DNA of 64,000 nucleotides from Trichoplax adhaerens (Eukaryota; Animalia; Placozoa). The translations under genes and the position numbers were made by a program. The stretch covers positions 248,001 to 312,000 of the forward strand of contig NW_002060956.1 of the NCBI RefSeq assembly GCF_000150275.1, in the 5' to 3' direction. Under the pieces are notes generated by a model. That model was not told where the DNA came from. It searched no databases and saw nothing but the letters and a program-made list of their open reading frames with translations. This document shows positions 50,101 through 61,700 of the stretch, one piece after another. Position 1 is the first letter of the stretch, and each line of letters begins with the position of its first letter.

Positions 50101-50449
50101 ATTTTCTTTCTAAAACGACACTGAGTGGAATCTCATCTCGCTTGATCCAAGAGTGATAACAGCACATGAGTGAACAACTTTCTCCTGCCCGTTTTTTATC
50201 ATGCACTTGCGTTAGGTTTGATTGAATATTTCTTTCAACGACATTATTAAGCGCTGGAAGTTGAACTCTGCGAGTGGTGTGTTTCTGGCTCTTACTTGTC
50301 GAGCCTAATACGTCCCTGATATAACGATTGTTTGATATTGCCTTAACGTCTTCATTATTCCATCTCGAAAATATTTTGTCGTTCGATTTAACACTTCTTT
50401 GCCAATTGTGTGGGGAATAACCAGAAATAACGCTTTTTACAGATGCCAT
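47194..50449 (-). CDS. Coiled-coil protein, C20orf96/DUF4618-like
   Basis: Eleven spliced exons, including LLQRYQMFRGAMS, LLTYKDKDYPVKAMKILELKHQIDSLRQEQE and C-terminal KCEENTNFQMNILKKDPL, which resemble my recollection of C20orf96 (TYMDHEY...KCTPDMDVILNIP). The start codon is uncertain. Confidence 0.7.
49109..49128. repeat. (TA)n microsatellite
   Basis: About 10 TA units in an intron. Confidence 0.85.
49336..49349. promoter_or_regulatory. RFX X-box (GTTGCCCTAGCAAC) inside an extended palindrome
   Basis: Matches GTNRCC-N(0-3)-RGYAAC. The flanks extend the palindrome to GGCCGTTGC-ccta-GCAACGGCC (49332-49353). Confidence 0.55.
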
Positions 50450-52475
50450 GCTATAACTTTCATTAAAATACAAACACTAAATGATACTGATCTATTATGA
50501 TGCCTATATATACGCGTATAAAAAAATAGACAAAATTAACCATAGATCATAACGTGAGAGATTACTTTTTACCAAGATATAAAAGTAAACTATTATGCAC
50601 AGTAACGAGTAAAATTGCTGTATTTATACTTGTAAATGCTGAATAATACAGAACAGTGTATGTGTTTAATGATTAGCAACAGTTAATATGAGAGCAAACT
50701 ATATTTACTGCATTTAATACGCAAGTCTACTATGTTGGGGGCCAGACAACCAGACTTCTGGACTAAAGTTGTTTGTATATGGTCTACTCATCGCCAAGAT
50801 TTATGATGCACTAAGAATAGCTAGTGCTGATACATTTAATGCAATGTTGATGGAAACCGACTTCAATAGCTATCTCGATTTTCATTTTACCCATATTACA
50901 AAATTGGATTATGCATTTATCAAATATTATTTGACATTCAATCTATTTTTCTTCGGATCATAAAATAGAGAGCATTGATCTGTCAAGTTTACCAGCCACG
51001 AACATGTTAAATCTTTATGCTAAAAGAGTACGAAAGGGAAAGCGTTGATCTAACAATCTTTAATGAAGCAATGTCTTATTATTAATTATATATAAGTGTT
51101 AATATATACAGTGTACGCGTATTGTACTTAAGAATACTTCGACAGGAAATTATTAGAGACTATCAAGAATTGATGTATTAAATATGACTGAATTTATATA
51201 ATTAACCACCATATGGATCTCTTTTAATGTAATATCATGGCGTAAAATATATCTAATCCATGTATGGACGGTTTACAGTGGAATATTTAATAATTTCCAT
51301 TATAAATTAAAAATGAAATCCTTATTTTTGTTTGTCGATCTAGATCTGTCAGTTTACTAAGTGCTGAAAGAATTTAGAATATATACTGGTGAAGAAAAAA
51401 ATAGCTAGTAATGAATTTTACAGACATATTCATAGTGATACATTTTAAAAAAACTGTACGAATCTTTCTGATCTTTCACTACTAAAATTAGCCCAACAAA
51501 AGCTTTATGATGTGCCTAGCAAAATACATAATTCTAGCTTAATACAGGTAAAATCAAAAACAAAACTATTTCGAGTGACATAATTAGTAACACCAGTTTA
51601 ATGTAGTTAGAGACGATTAGAGCTAAAAAGATCAATAATTATAATAGATCTCCATTCAGTAAGATTAATAGACCAGCAGCTTTATACTTTTATTAGCCAA
51701 AAACGCATATTCAGCACTCATATAGTTTGAATCCATTAAAACTATGACAAATGATAGAAATGTCTAAGCCACTAGAATAGTGGGGAAAATTCGTGAGACT
51801 TGCCTTTAGTATTGAAACAGTATCACTATAGTTGTCCCCATTAAGTGATTACTGCACTTGGCCACTGTCTTCCTCGCTACTACTTCTACCACTATAATTT
51901 AATGACTTATATATAAAATGTGTACTTATTCAATATTTCTGTACGACAAATGCGTAAATAGGTAAATCTCTAGCTATTAAAGGTATTATACATTTAGGAT
52001 ATACAGATTTTTTTACAGTACTGATAGTTGATTACAATTTATCGTCAAAAAAATGATTACTTAGAAGTAGTTACTTCAAGGCAAAATTTCGGAAATAATC
52101 TCACGATAGCAAAAATCTTACGCATGGTACGTTATTTACTTTCTTACATTACTTCACAATCAAAATATAACCTGTGGGTAGCGCTACAGCAAGGGAAAAT
52201 CAGCATAGAATAATGCATTGTATAAAAACATAATCGACTTAAATAGTCAATGTAGAACTCCATTTCAAAATACCCATCAAGACATAAAATTAGCGACTCA
52301 GTATTATGACATATTCGACTTAGCAAAAATTTTCTATATTAGAGTAGTATGCAGGTTCAATTAAACTCCAATTTTTATCAGGATGGTTCTCGCAGAATCG
52401 TAATATGCTACCATTGACTATGAAAATTACAGGCATGTAGAATCTTTGATGATATAAACAAAAAAGATCAATACA

Positions 52476-54624
52476 TTAATCATTTTCTTCAGAGCTACTA
52501 GAATCTGAGTAAACACCAATGCCAGGAATAGCAATAGCAGTTTCATCCGGTGGACTCGAGGTAGTTGTCGGCTTGATTTTTTTGGCATCAGATTGTCTAG
52601 TATCTGTAAATAGCGAATATAAATGTATCCCATAAAGTATTATTAAATTAATTTAATAAATCCGATTTTAAAGAATAATTATCGAGCTAAAAATAGTAAT
52701 GATTGATTGTCACTATTAGAATGGTAGTAGGAAACCAACCAGAATCAATGGGCTTTGATTCTTTCTCTTCAAAGCTCCTAATAATTAGCACAAGATTTTA
52801 ATTTTGAAATCAAATATACTTTAAAGAAAACCTTATCATCAATGTAAGCGCATCCTTTTAGCTTGGAAATGACATAGCAAGCTGATTGCAGTGCTTACAA
52901 TTTTAAAATAATTATTTAATCTAATAAGGAAACTGATTGATTTATATATGAATAAAAGTAGATAAATAATACCACGCTACAAAAATATTTACCTTTTCCT
53001 CTGTCTAACTAATCCTGATAGCAATTGGGACTGCGTTTTCTTGTTGTTCTTTATAATCTCAGGAGGATACGATTTGTGAGTTTCGACTATAGGTTTATTA
53101 TCAACTTCCTTAGAAGCTAACGAGCTAACAGCTTCATATACATTTATTAAGGTCTCTATTGTAGGTTGTATTTAAAATCTATATTTCTATGAAAGTAATC
53201 AGTTTGATGCAAATATTAAGTTGAACATCTTACTATCTGCAGCGTAATGGTAGACGCAAAATTTTAGCAGGTTAAAAATATATGTAGAATGTAATAAAGG
53301 ATATTCTAAATTTTTTAACGTCTTCTATCTCTCGCTGCCATTGTTGCACCTCTAAATCAGCTTGTAATTGATTTGAGTTATCTAAAAAATCGGCTTCATC
53401 GTCGTCTAGGCCGCGAATCATGTTTTCTAGATTTTAAAATGGTTGCAATAAAGGATATTTAGAACAGATAAGAACAGCTAATATTAAAGTAACTACTCAA
53501 GTTATTGAATTTATATCACTCTATTTTCACTCAAGCCAGCAAGATCGCTGAAATAAAACTACAGAAGTAGTAAAGCAATAAATTTGTAAGATACTGTAGT
53601 AATAATTTACATGCTATGTAATACTGGCTATATTATTACACGCATTTGCACTCATTCTGGGCTTTTGTATAATCAAGACTACGAAACTGGTAATTTTGCT
53701 GCCTAATAAGGAATTTAATTCTATATGCGAAGCTTTTACGTACTGAATTTAAATTGTTCATCCCATTCTTCTTGTTTCTTAGTTTTTTGTTCTTGTAATT
53801 GTTCATACAACGATCTCCTGTCAGTTAATTCCTCTGGTCGATCTGCAGATAGGACTTGATATTAGTACATTGCATACTGCTACATCTATGGATTGCATTG
53901 AAGGAAGTCAACTAGTCAAGATAATTTTCAGAGTCTATAGCAGTAAAAGTATAATGCGACCCATAAATATGATACGCCATGAACCGTAGGTCGAGATACA
54001 GTGGCATTTATCTTACACAAATAGTAAGGGCTGTGATTTGAAGGTATAATATCTAATTGATGAGCACAACAATGCTGCATGAAATCCTTAGGATCAACAT
54101 AAGTTGTATAACCCCAGCTGCCTCGATTTCCCATCTTACTAATAAGTTAGCTAATCGTTACAGTAAAAACACACTAAGTATGAGTATAAGTATTGCAAGA
54201 TTTAATCCTCCAGCGATTGATTGGCTTTCATTCTGTTACTGCAAGGCATCCGTCTTGGGATCAGAATAATTTTGACCGTCGATTGGATTAGCAATAAGTC
54301 ATCATTCAATACGTACACACACTGATTACTGCAGAAGCACCAAGCCACCAAAGCATAGCAAGGTACCATGATTAGTAATTTCGTGCTCATTATGTTGATA
54401 CAATCTTTATACATTTATTGCCTGCTTGAAATCAGTCAATCCAGTGATAATGAATGATTCTTTCTCTTTGACTTACCAATAACAGATTTACTACTTTCAT
54501 CTTTAACTTTCTTCCATTCTTCCTCACGCTGACGCCTGAGGTCTTCTAACTCGGTTTCTGTCACGAAGGATTTCAGTTGTCCCTTGGTGCTGGCATTCAT
54601 GCCTTCTTGACTGAAATAACTCAT
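52476..54624 (-). CDS. PSME3IP1: PSME3-interacting protein / FAM192A (NIP30)
   Basis: [89 protein letters not shown]. Confidence 0.9.
53136..53304 (-). other. U12-type intron with AT start and non-AC end (FAM192A)
   Basis: Donor ATATCCTTT after ...KKFR. Branch CCTTAAT is followed by AAATGTATAT, then the in-frame exon EAVSSL. Confidence 0.78.
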
Positions 54625-55683
54625 TGTAACGCGATACAAAAGGCAATTCCCAATATCTTTAGCAAGGTAATATCATCAAGATGTCTATAGATTATCGATT
54701 CAATAGAAATTAAGGGATATAATGCAATACGATCAGATTTCCATTAAAAATAGTCCACAGCCATCTTCTATAACTTGCTGCAAGACAACCGTGACTTAGG
54801 AACTGAAGGTTGAGTACCTGTACAGCCTACAAGTACTGAGATTGCATGTCTAGCAGTGCTTGTATGCCAATCTATGCCCAATGCTGTGTTGTACTGTATG
54901 AAAATAGTAAACGTGTACAAGACCTTTAGTCCAATGCTCCATTGGATGTCCGGAGAGACGGATGCGCATTACTCCATGAGGGCAGGAACCTTTTTCAAGT
55001 TCCCTTGATCAGGGTCTAGCTGGTCCGGTCCGGTCCGATCCGGTCCAGCATTCGAGCCTGGTTCAGCTCTCATCTTGAATGGTTGGTAGCTGCTGCAGCT
55101 TGCTTTAATCGTTGAATTTCTCCATTTCTAACTTGGCTGCGATTTATAACTCGGTAATATGCCCAAGAATCTTATTTATCACTATGTATAGCTAGTAATA
55201 ATCTTATTAGTATAGTTGCAAACTACTGTACTGCTGTTGGTAGTGAAAATGGATCGAACTCTATCTGTACCCACAACGCCATGATGCAAATACAGGGCTA
55301 CCCTTGCAGCCCTATGGAGCAGTTGGCGTACATTGTCAGCGCCAGCAATATGAAATTCTGCAATCTAAAAATCGAGCTATTAACTCTCGGATTGCTTAAT
55401 CGTAGCATTTTAAATGAAATTCTAAGTAATATTCAACATCAGTTGGATCAGTTAGCATGTAGAATTGGCAATACTATTTTACAGATTATTCCTAGGATTG
55501 AGAAATACCGCTTGACCTTTTGATAATACACGTATGCTTAGGCATATGTAAACTGCGATCGACTTAATTCATCAAGACTTGTGGTAGATGAAATCATTCA
55601 TTTTTTCATTTTCGGATCTAGGTGAAAACCTTCCTATATTAACTGCAATCAAGGATAAAACAGAAACCTTCTATAAGCGTAGA
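54625..55683. promoter_or_regulatory. Bidirectional promoter region FAM192A/HIBCH
   Basis: Divergent starts about 1 kb apart. GC-richer core with a (GGTCC)n-like repeat at ~55022-55046. Confidence 0.6.
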
Positions 55684-57906
55684 ATGCAATTCCAAAAAGT
55701 TTCATTACATAGAACCGGCTTATTCGGAACCTGTAATCAACGACTTCATAATATTTACAATCATTTGCTAAATTCCAACTGCAAAATGTCTACATCTGGT
55801 CAGCGTTTTGCTGCAGCCAATGATGAAGCTATTCTGGAAGTACGAAATAAAGTTGGGTTGATAACGCTAAATCGACCCAAGGCATTAAATGTGTTAAGCT
55901 TAAATATGATCAATACTATTTATCCCATTATGATGGAATGGGATAAAGATCCTAATGTCCAGGTAATAGTTATGAAAGGTGCTGGCGAGAAAGCTTTTTG
56001 TGCTGGTGGTGATGTTAAATCCCTCGTTGGCAATCGGCCCCTAAGCAGGGAGTTCTTTCCTACAGAATATCGTTTGAATAACTTAATTGGTGAGATGAAT
56101 AATATTACATTGTTGTGTTTAAATTTTAAATCGTCTCTAGTTTAATTGAACATTGGCCTTTTATTCCCACTTATAACTTTTATTAATAGTTTAAGATAGA
56201 AACCCCATTTTAACTAAACTAACAAAGATTAATATCATATACGACCTATAAATCGCTATCGTCGGATTCTGTATGAGCAATTCATTGACCAAGATATAAC
56301 ATTGCAGTAATACACTATGATTAGGTCATTAAATACGTACGTGCTCAAGGCCTACTCCATTTTCAGCCCCGATAAAACCTGTACCATAAATCACCATAAG
56401 TACTGTATCCTCTTCTATTGTCGTAAATCCTATAGAAGCAATTCATAAATGGTAACACCATCTTAATGTCAACACTTTGATTAGATCAGTTAACGCCTGT
56501 TTTAGACCTTGAAAAACTTTTCAATTTCTAGCGTATGATAACTGGTATGAGCAGGATGTCATCTTTCTATATGCAATTGTAGGCATTTTGAAGACTCCTT
56601 ATGTAGCCTTTATCGATGGAATAACTATGGGTGGTGGTATTGGTTTGTCAGTTCACGGCCGCTATCGTGTTGCAACAGAACGTACATTATTTGCTATGCC
56701 CGAAACAGCTTTGGGTCTACATCCGGATGTAGGAGGATCGTACTTTTTACCACGGTTGGAAGGCAACTTGGGCATGTATTTCGCTCTCACTGGTGAGTAT
56801 ACTCGTAATTTAGTTTCATCATTTTGATTGAAATTGACAGTGAGCACTATTTAGTTGTATTTTTGATCAGAGGTTATCTCCGCAGTTGTTGATAGTGGTA
56901 ATATTATATTATTTACAAAATAATTAGTCTATGATAGAATGAATTTGTTCTCGTTTAATTATACTATGTTATACGCGTAGTATAGATTAGTAAACTTGGT
57001 TTTAAATTGTTATTTGACAGGGCAAAGAATGAAAGGTAGAGATGTGTATTTTACTGGAATTGCTACTCATTATGTTGGGTCACAAGATATTAACGAATTA
57101 GAATCAAAACTTATCAATCAACCAAGTATTACAAATGATGTGGTTCAAGAGATTCTTGATCAGTATCATAAGAAGGTAAGAGCATAAATGATAGAATGAC
57201 GTATGTCATAGCTAGAAAAAATGATTGATAAAAATTCTCGCGGAAAAAGTACCCTTGTAAAGTTGCAATTTTTCGATATTTTAGCGTAGATGGCTGTATA
57301 CTGAGTGTATAGATTGAGTCTATCTTTATAATTATAAATTATAACAGTTTTACTCATTAGGAGATCATAAAATAATAGGGAGCTCCCTCTGCGTTTTATA
57401 TCTTGCGTTAACGCATTAGCTACGTTCAATGTTCTTTTACCGTCTTATAACAAACATTGCAATGTCATTCGTCTTTGTACCGTAAAATGTAGCACGAGGG
57501 TGGAGAATTCTCATTTGCTCAGCATATGGACAAAATTAACGAATGCTTCAAAGGAGAAACTATAGAAGAAATATTTACTCTATTAGAAAAAGATGGCTCA
57601 GAGTGGGCTATGAAATGCCTCAACCATTGTCGTAAGATGTCACCTAGTTCAATGAAAGTAACTATTCGTGCACTGCAGGAAGGAGCTAAAGCGCCTTCCT
57701 TAGCTGATGCGTTGTTAACAGAAAATCGCATTTGTCAGAGAATGATGGAAACAAAAGATTTCTATGAAGGAGTTAGAGCTATATTAATCGATCGTGATAA
57801 TAATCCAAAGTGGGATCCTGCAACGTTTGAAGAAGTGACTGATGAAATGGTCGATGCTCATTTTCAACCTACTAGTGACGGAGATGTAATATTGCCAAAG
57901 CAGTGA
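55684..57906 (+). CDS. HIBCH: 3-hydroxyisobutyryl-CoA hydrolase, mitochondrial
   Basis: Exons 55684-56089, 56583-56792, 57021-57175, 57493-57906: [71 protein letters not shown]. Confidence 0.95.
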
Positions 57907-58723
57907 CTGTTATAAATTTTGTAGTCATGACTGTATCAGTGATAAGATTAGCTGGCATCTTACTTCAAATATGTTGGTATCATCCTTATTATGGTTAATA
58001 TTTTATTATCTTATGAAGGTACTTCTTAATTACGGTATCAATAGAAGCATGCAATTATTCATATGCAACGTGAAGAAAATTGTAATGCATACTTGTCAAC
58101 TAATAATATATCGTGTGCATTATACTTGCCAATTGCAATTTCATTATGGCGAACCTGCTTTTAAAATTTTCAATTTTTTGGGTGCAATAGCTAATGATGG
58201 TGATAACTTCAATAATAAAGTTTCACAGTAAAAGATATCTGAGCGAGTCTTTCTAATAAGTGTCTTTACAAGACAATTTTATTGACGACAAATCGATGTA
58301 GATATAAATAGAAGACTAAGAATTGTTTCAACACTAAAAATTCACATGTTTAAATTCATGGCATTCGTTTCCTTTCGGTATTGCATTACAGTATGTAAAA
58401 AAGATATGTTGGTGAAAGTATATCGCCAAACGAAAACACATCAACCAATAAATTCCAGGTTAATAAATGATATACGAGCAGTATAATTAATACTTCTTAC
58501 TAGAGGATACACCTCAGTAATTTGAAGTATAGCCTTCTAGCATGCAAACGCTATCGCATTTAGATCATACCAATATTTATCTAATGGAAAATATCACGCT
58601 ATTACACTCTTTTCTAATTAAAATAACACCAAAATTTTCATACCTGATATGGTATTATAAAAATTGATACGTGAACTTTACAGTATGATCTGTTACGATC
58701 CATCTATGATTATAATTAAAGAT

Positions 58724-61700
58724 TTACGATAAGAAGGTAATGACTTCGGCACCACCGCCAGCAACCATAACTACCCTTGATAGTTTATCGGTTAACACAG
58801 AAATGAATTCCAGATCTGTAATACAATGTCAGTTAAGGTTCATATTTATGATATTTGAAATATGAGTTATATTGGTACGAATTTTGGGCATATCAAACAC
58901 TTTCTCAAGGATACAATTTCTGTCCTCAGAATCTGAGCTGGGAAGGACAGGTAAATTAATAAATACTGCTTCAGCATCAGTTGACTTTTCTACAATGACT
59001 CTATTAAGCTTCACAGCGGCATCCATGCGCCTTAGATTGCCTTCGAAACTAATATGGGTAAAAATAAATGTAATTTCGATCTTACGATTAGAATGGAAAA
59101 AGCGGTATTAACCACAACGTAATAAGAAGTATAGGAAAATGTGATGTCCATGTCATACAATTAATACCTACAGCACACTGTTAACAATTTACAAGGCTGA
59201 ATATACTTACGGCTTTGCGCTTCGTAATTTTCGGTAATAAGAATTATCTGCACCAAAAGAAGGCCTATCGGCATGACGTGAGGCTCCAAGGACACTTAAA
59301 GATGATGCCTCATTTGCTCCTTCATCAATAGCAGTAACGGCAAATTTCGACTTTGAAAATTTATGTTGTAAATGCTTATCATCTTCATTATTAGTTGGCT
59401 CAATAACTTTGACATTGAATCTGGATTCAGTTACTTTCGTTTCTTTGTCACCATCTGGTTCTGTATGACTACTTGTAGATGAAGTAGCGGTATCATCACT
59501 TCCTACAACTTTAACAGCAAATCTACCTACTATGTTTTGGGATGTTTGCTTAGCATCCGAAGGCGTTTCATCCCCTTTCGGGAGAGAACGGAAAGGATCG
59601 AATACACTCTTCGCCTATGTTGTATCCAATGTAAAAATTAAATACTGTTAACTAACTTTATCAAACACGATGGTTAGTACAAGGAGTTAAAACCAGTCAT
59701 ATTGAAGACAGAATAACATTTGCTAGGATACCATGTCACTTTCTAACAAACTTTAACCAGTACCTTATCTTGCTCTTTTCTCGAAAGCTTCATCTTATTT
59801 AAAACTTCATTCCTTTGTTCCATTCGCAAAGTTCTTTCATACGTATATGCCGATATATCGTTATCAGTCATCTCAACAACTTCTACATAAGCATCAATTC
59901 TTAGATCATATACAAGCTTTTTCATATCCTGTTCCAATTTAATACTATTATCTTTCATTTGAGCAACAGTAAAGATTCGTAAACGACAATTTCGCCAAAC
60001 TTTGTGCTGCTTAAATAAGAATGGCAGAAGCATTAAAAGACCACCATCATGAACAATCCACCATATATCGATATTTCCATTAAGTCTATCACTTCGTTCA
60101 GGGAAAAGGCTGATATTTTTAGGGATAACGATTGCCATCTTCTTTGCTAATGCCGTTCGGATAACTCGTACAAGTAATCGCCATGACGATTTCGAAGGCC
60201 AATTATCAGGCCAATTCAGAACAACTGTATTTGGCTTCAAGCCACCCATACCACAACTTTGAATACTTTGAAATTTTAAGTAAAATTAAAAATTACGTTG
60301 CCTACTTGTACTTAAATATGTAGAAAATGTTGACACCTTAAATATGATATACAACATAGTGATAAGACTTACAGATCACACAGTCCCTGAACGACATCTT
60401 TGGAAACGATTACATCTGTAAAGCCCTTAATTTTTTCTTCGCTCATACAACCTTTCAGAGTCTAATCATTTTATGATGTGGTGATAAAGTTAAGAAGTTT
60501 AATAATTATGTACTCATTGATAAAATATAGATAATAAAGAGTATTAGCGGTGCTAACGTTCAGAATATGGGTGTATATAAAATAGTACTCGATTGACTGG
60601 CGATATATATATCTATAGTACGATTTACCGTAACATTAAGTAAATATTAAAAGCATCTATGCTGACCTCTCTCACTTCGTCCGCTTGTGCGGCATTATTG
60701 GTAACGTCGCCTTCTACCACAGAAGCTGCTATTGTCAGTCCTTTGCCTGGTACATGATAAGCACATAATTATGATAAGTTAATTCCAGTTGTGAAACAGC
60801 GGGGTTACATGCTAAGCCATTAAAACTGGTATATTCAATGTTGCTATCTCAGGTACCTTTTTTCAGCTGTGAGGCAAAACTTAGCATTCGCTGGTGCAGT
60901 GGATTTTCTGAGTGCTTATTCAATTTGGCCAAAACCAACAATTGTGGCCTGGAATAAGTAGATACGATTTACAAAGTTGCTTATATTTTTAAATTATTTG
61001 TTAGCATTAATTTGGCAGACCTCCAATTTTTTGTATGTGGCGGACCATCTTCTAGGTGTAAGAGGCTATGACGCGCAGTTTGCATGGCTAATCCCCGTAG
61101 TCCATCACCCCACTCTTTTCTCGCACTATCGTAATTCAAAGTAAAGGTAAGAAATTTTTAGAAATACAATGTTAAAAAAAGCAAAAAAAATAATTGTAGT
61201 CATCTTCAGATGAAGTACTTACCCCGAATATTCAATGTATTTATATATGATGCAAGCTATAGCAAGCGCTCCCAAAGCGTAATACCACCCAGTAATGATC
61301 ATCATGGCGATACAAAGTCCTAGCCCAATTAATGACCCAGTCCAATGAAAGTATCTAAATCGTGGTCGCCAACTCGGTGCTTTTAAAAGAGATTGGAGGG
61401 TGCAAGCCAGATTAACAAATGAGTAGCACATCAAGAAAAAGCTGCAGCAGAATAAAAACAAAGAAATACGATCAGTAAAAAAGATGATATTATCTGCTTT
61501 AGACACCTTTTTACTTGGAAATGAACACTGTTATAAAAACCTACATTGTAATAATTGGTGCTACACTATCTAAGCTAGCAATTATAATTCCAATCTCCGC
61601 AATGAAAAAGGTTAATATTAGAGCCCTTGTTGGTTCTCCACTCTTTGAGGTTACTTTGAAGAAGTCTAGTATAGGGATGATACTATCGCTGGCAATAGCT

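Noticed and set aside
55281-55523. 80 aa ORF upstream of HIBCH and the in-frame ATG at 55588
   Set aside because: No homology recognised. An acceptor-like site at ~55621 suggests 5' UTR intron sequence, and 55684 gives a plausible mitochondrial transit peptide.
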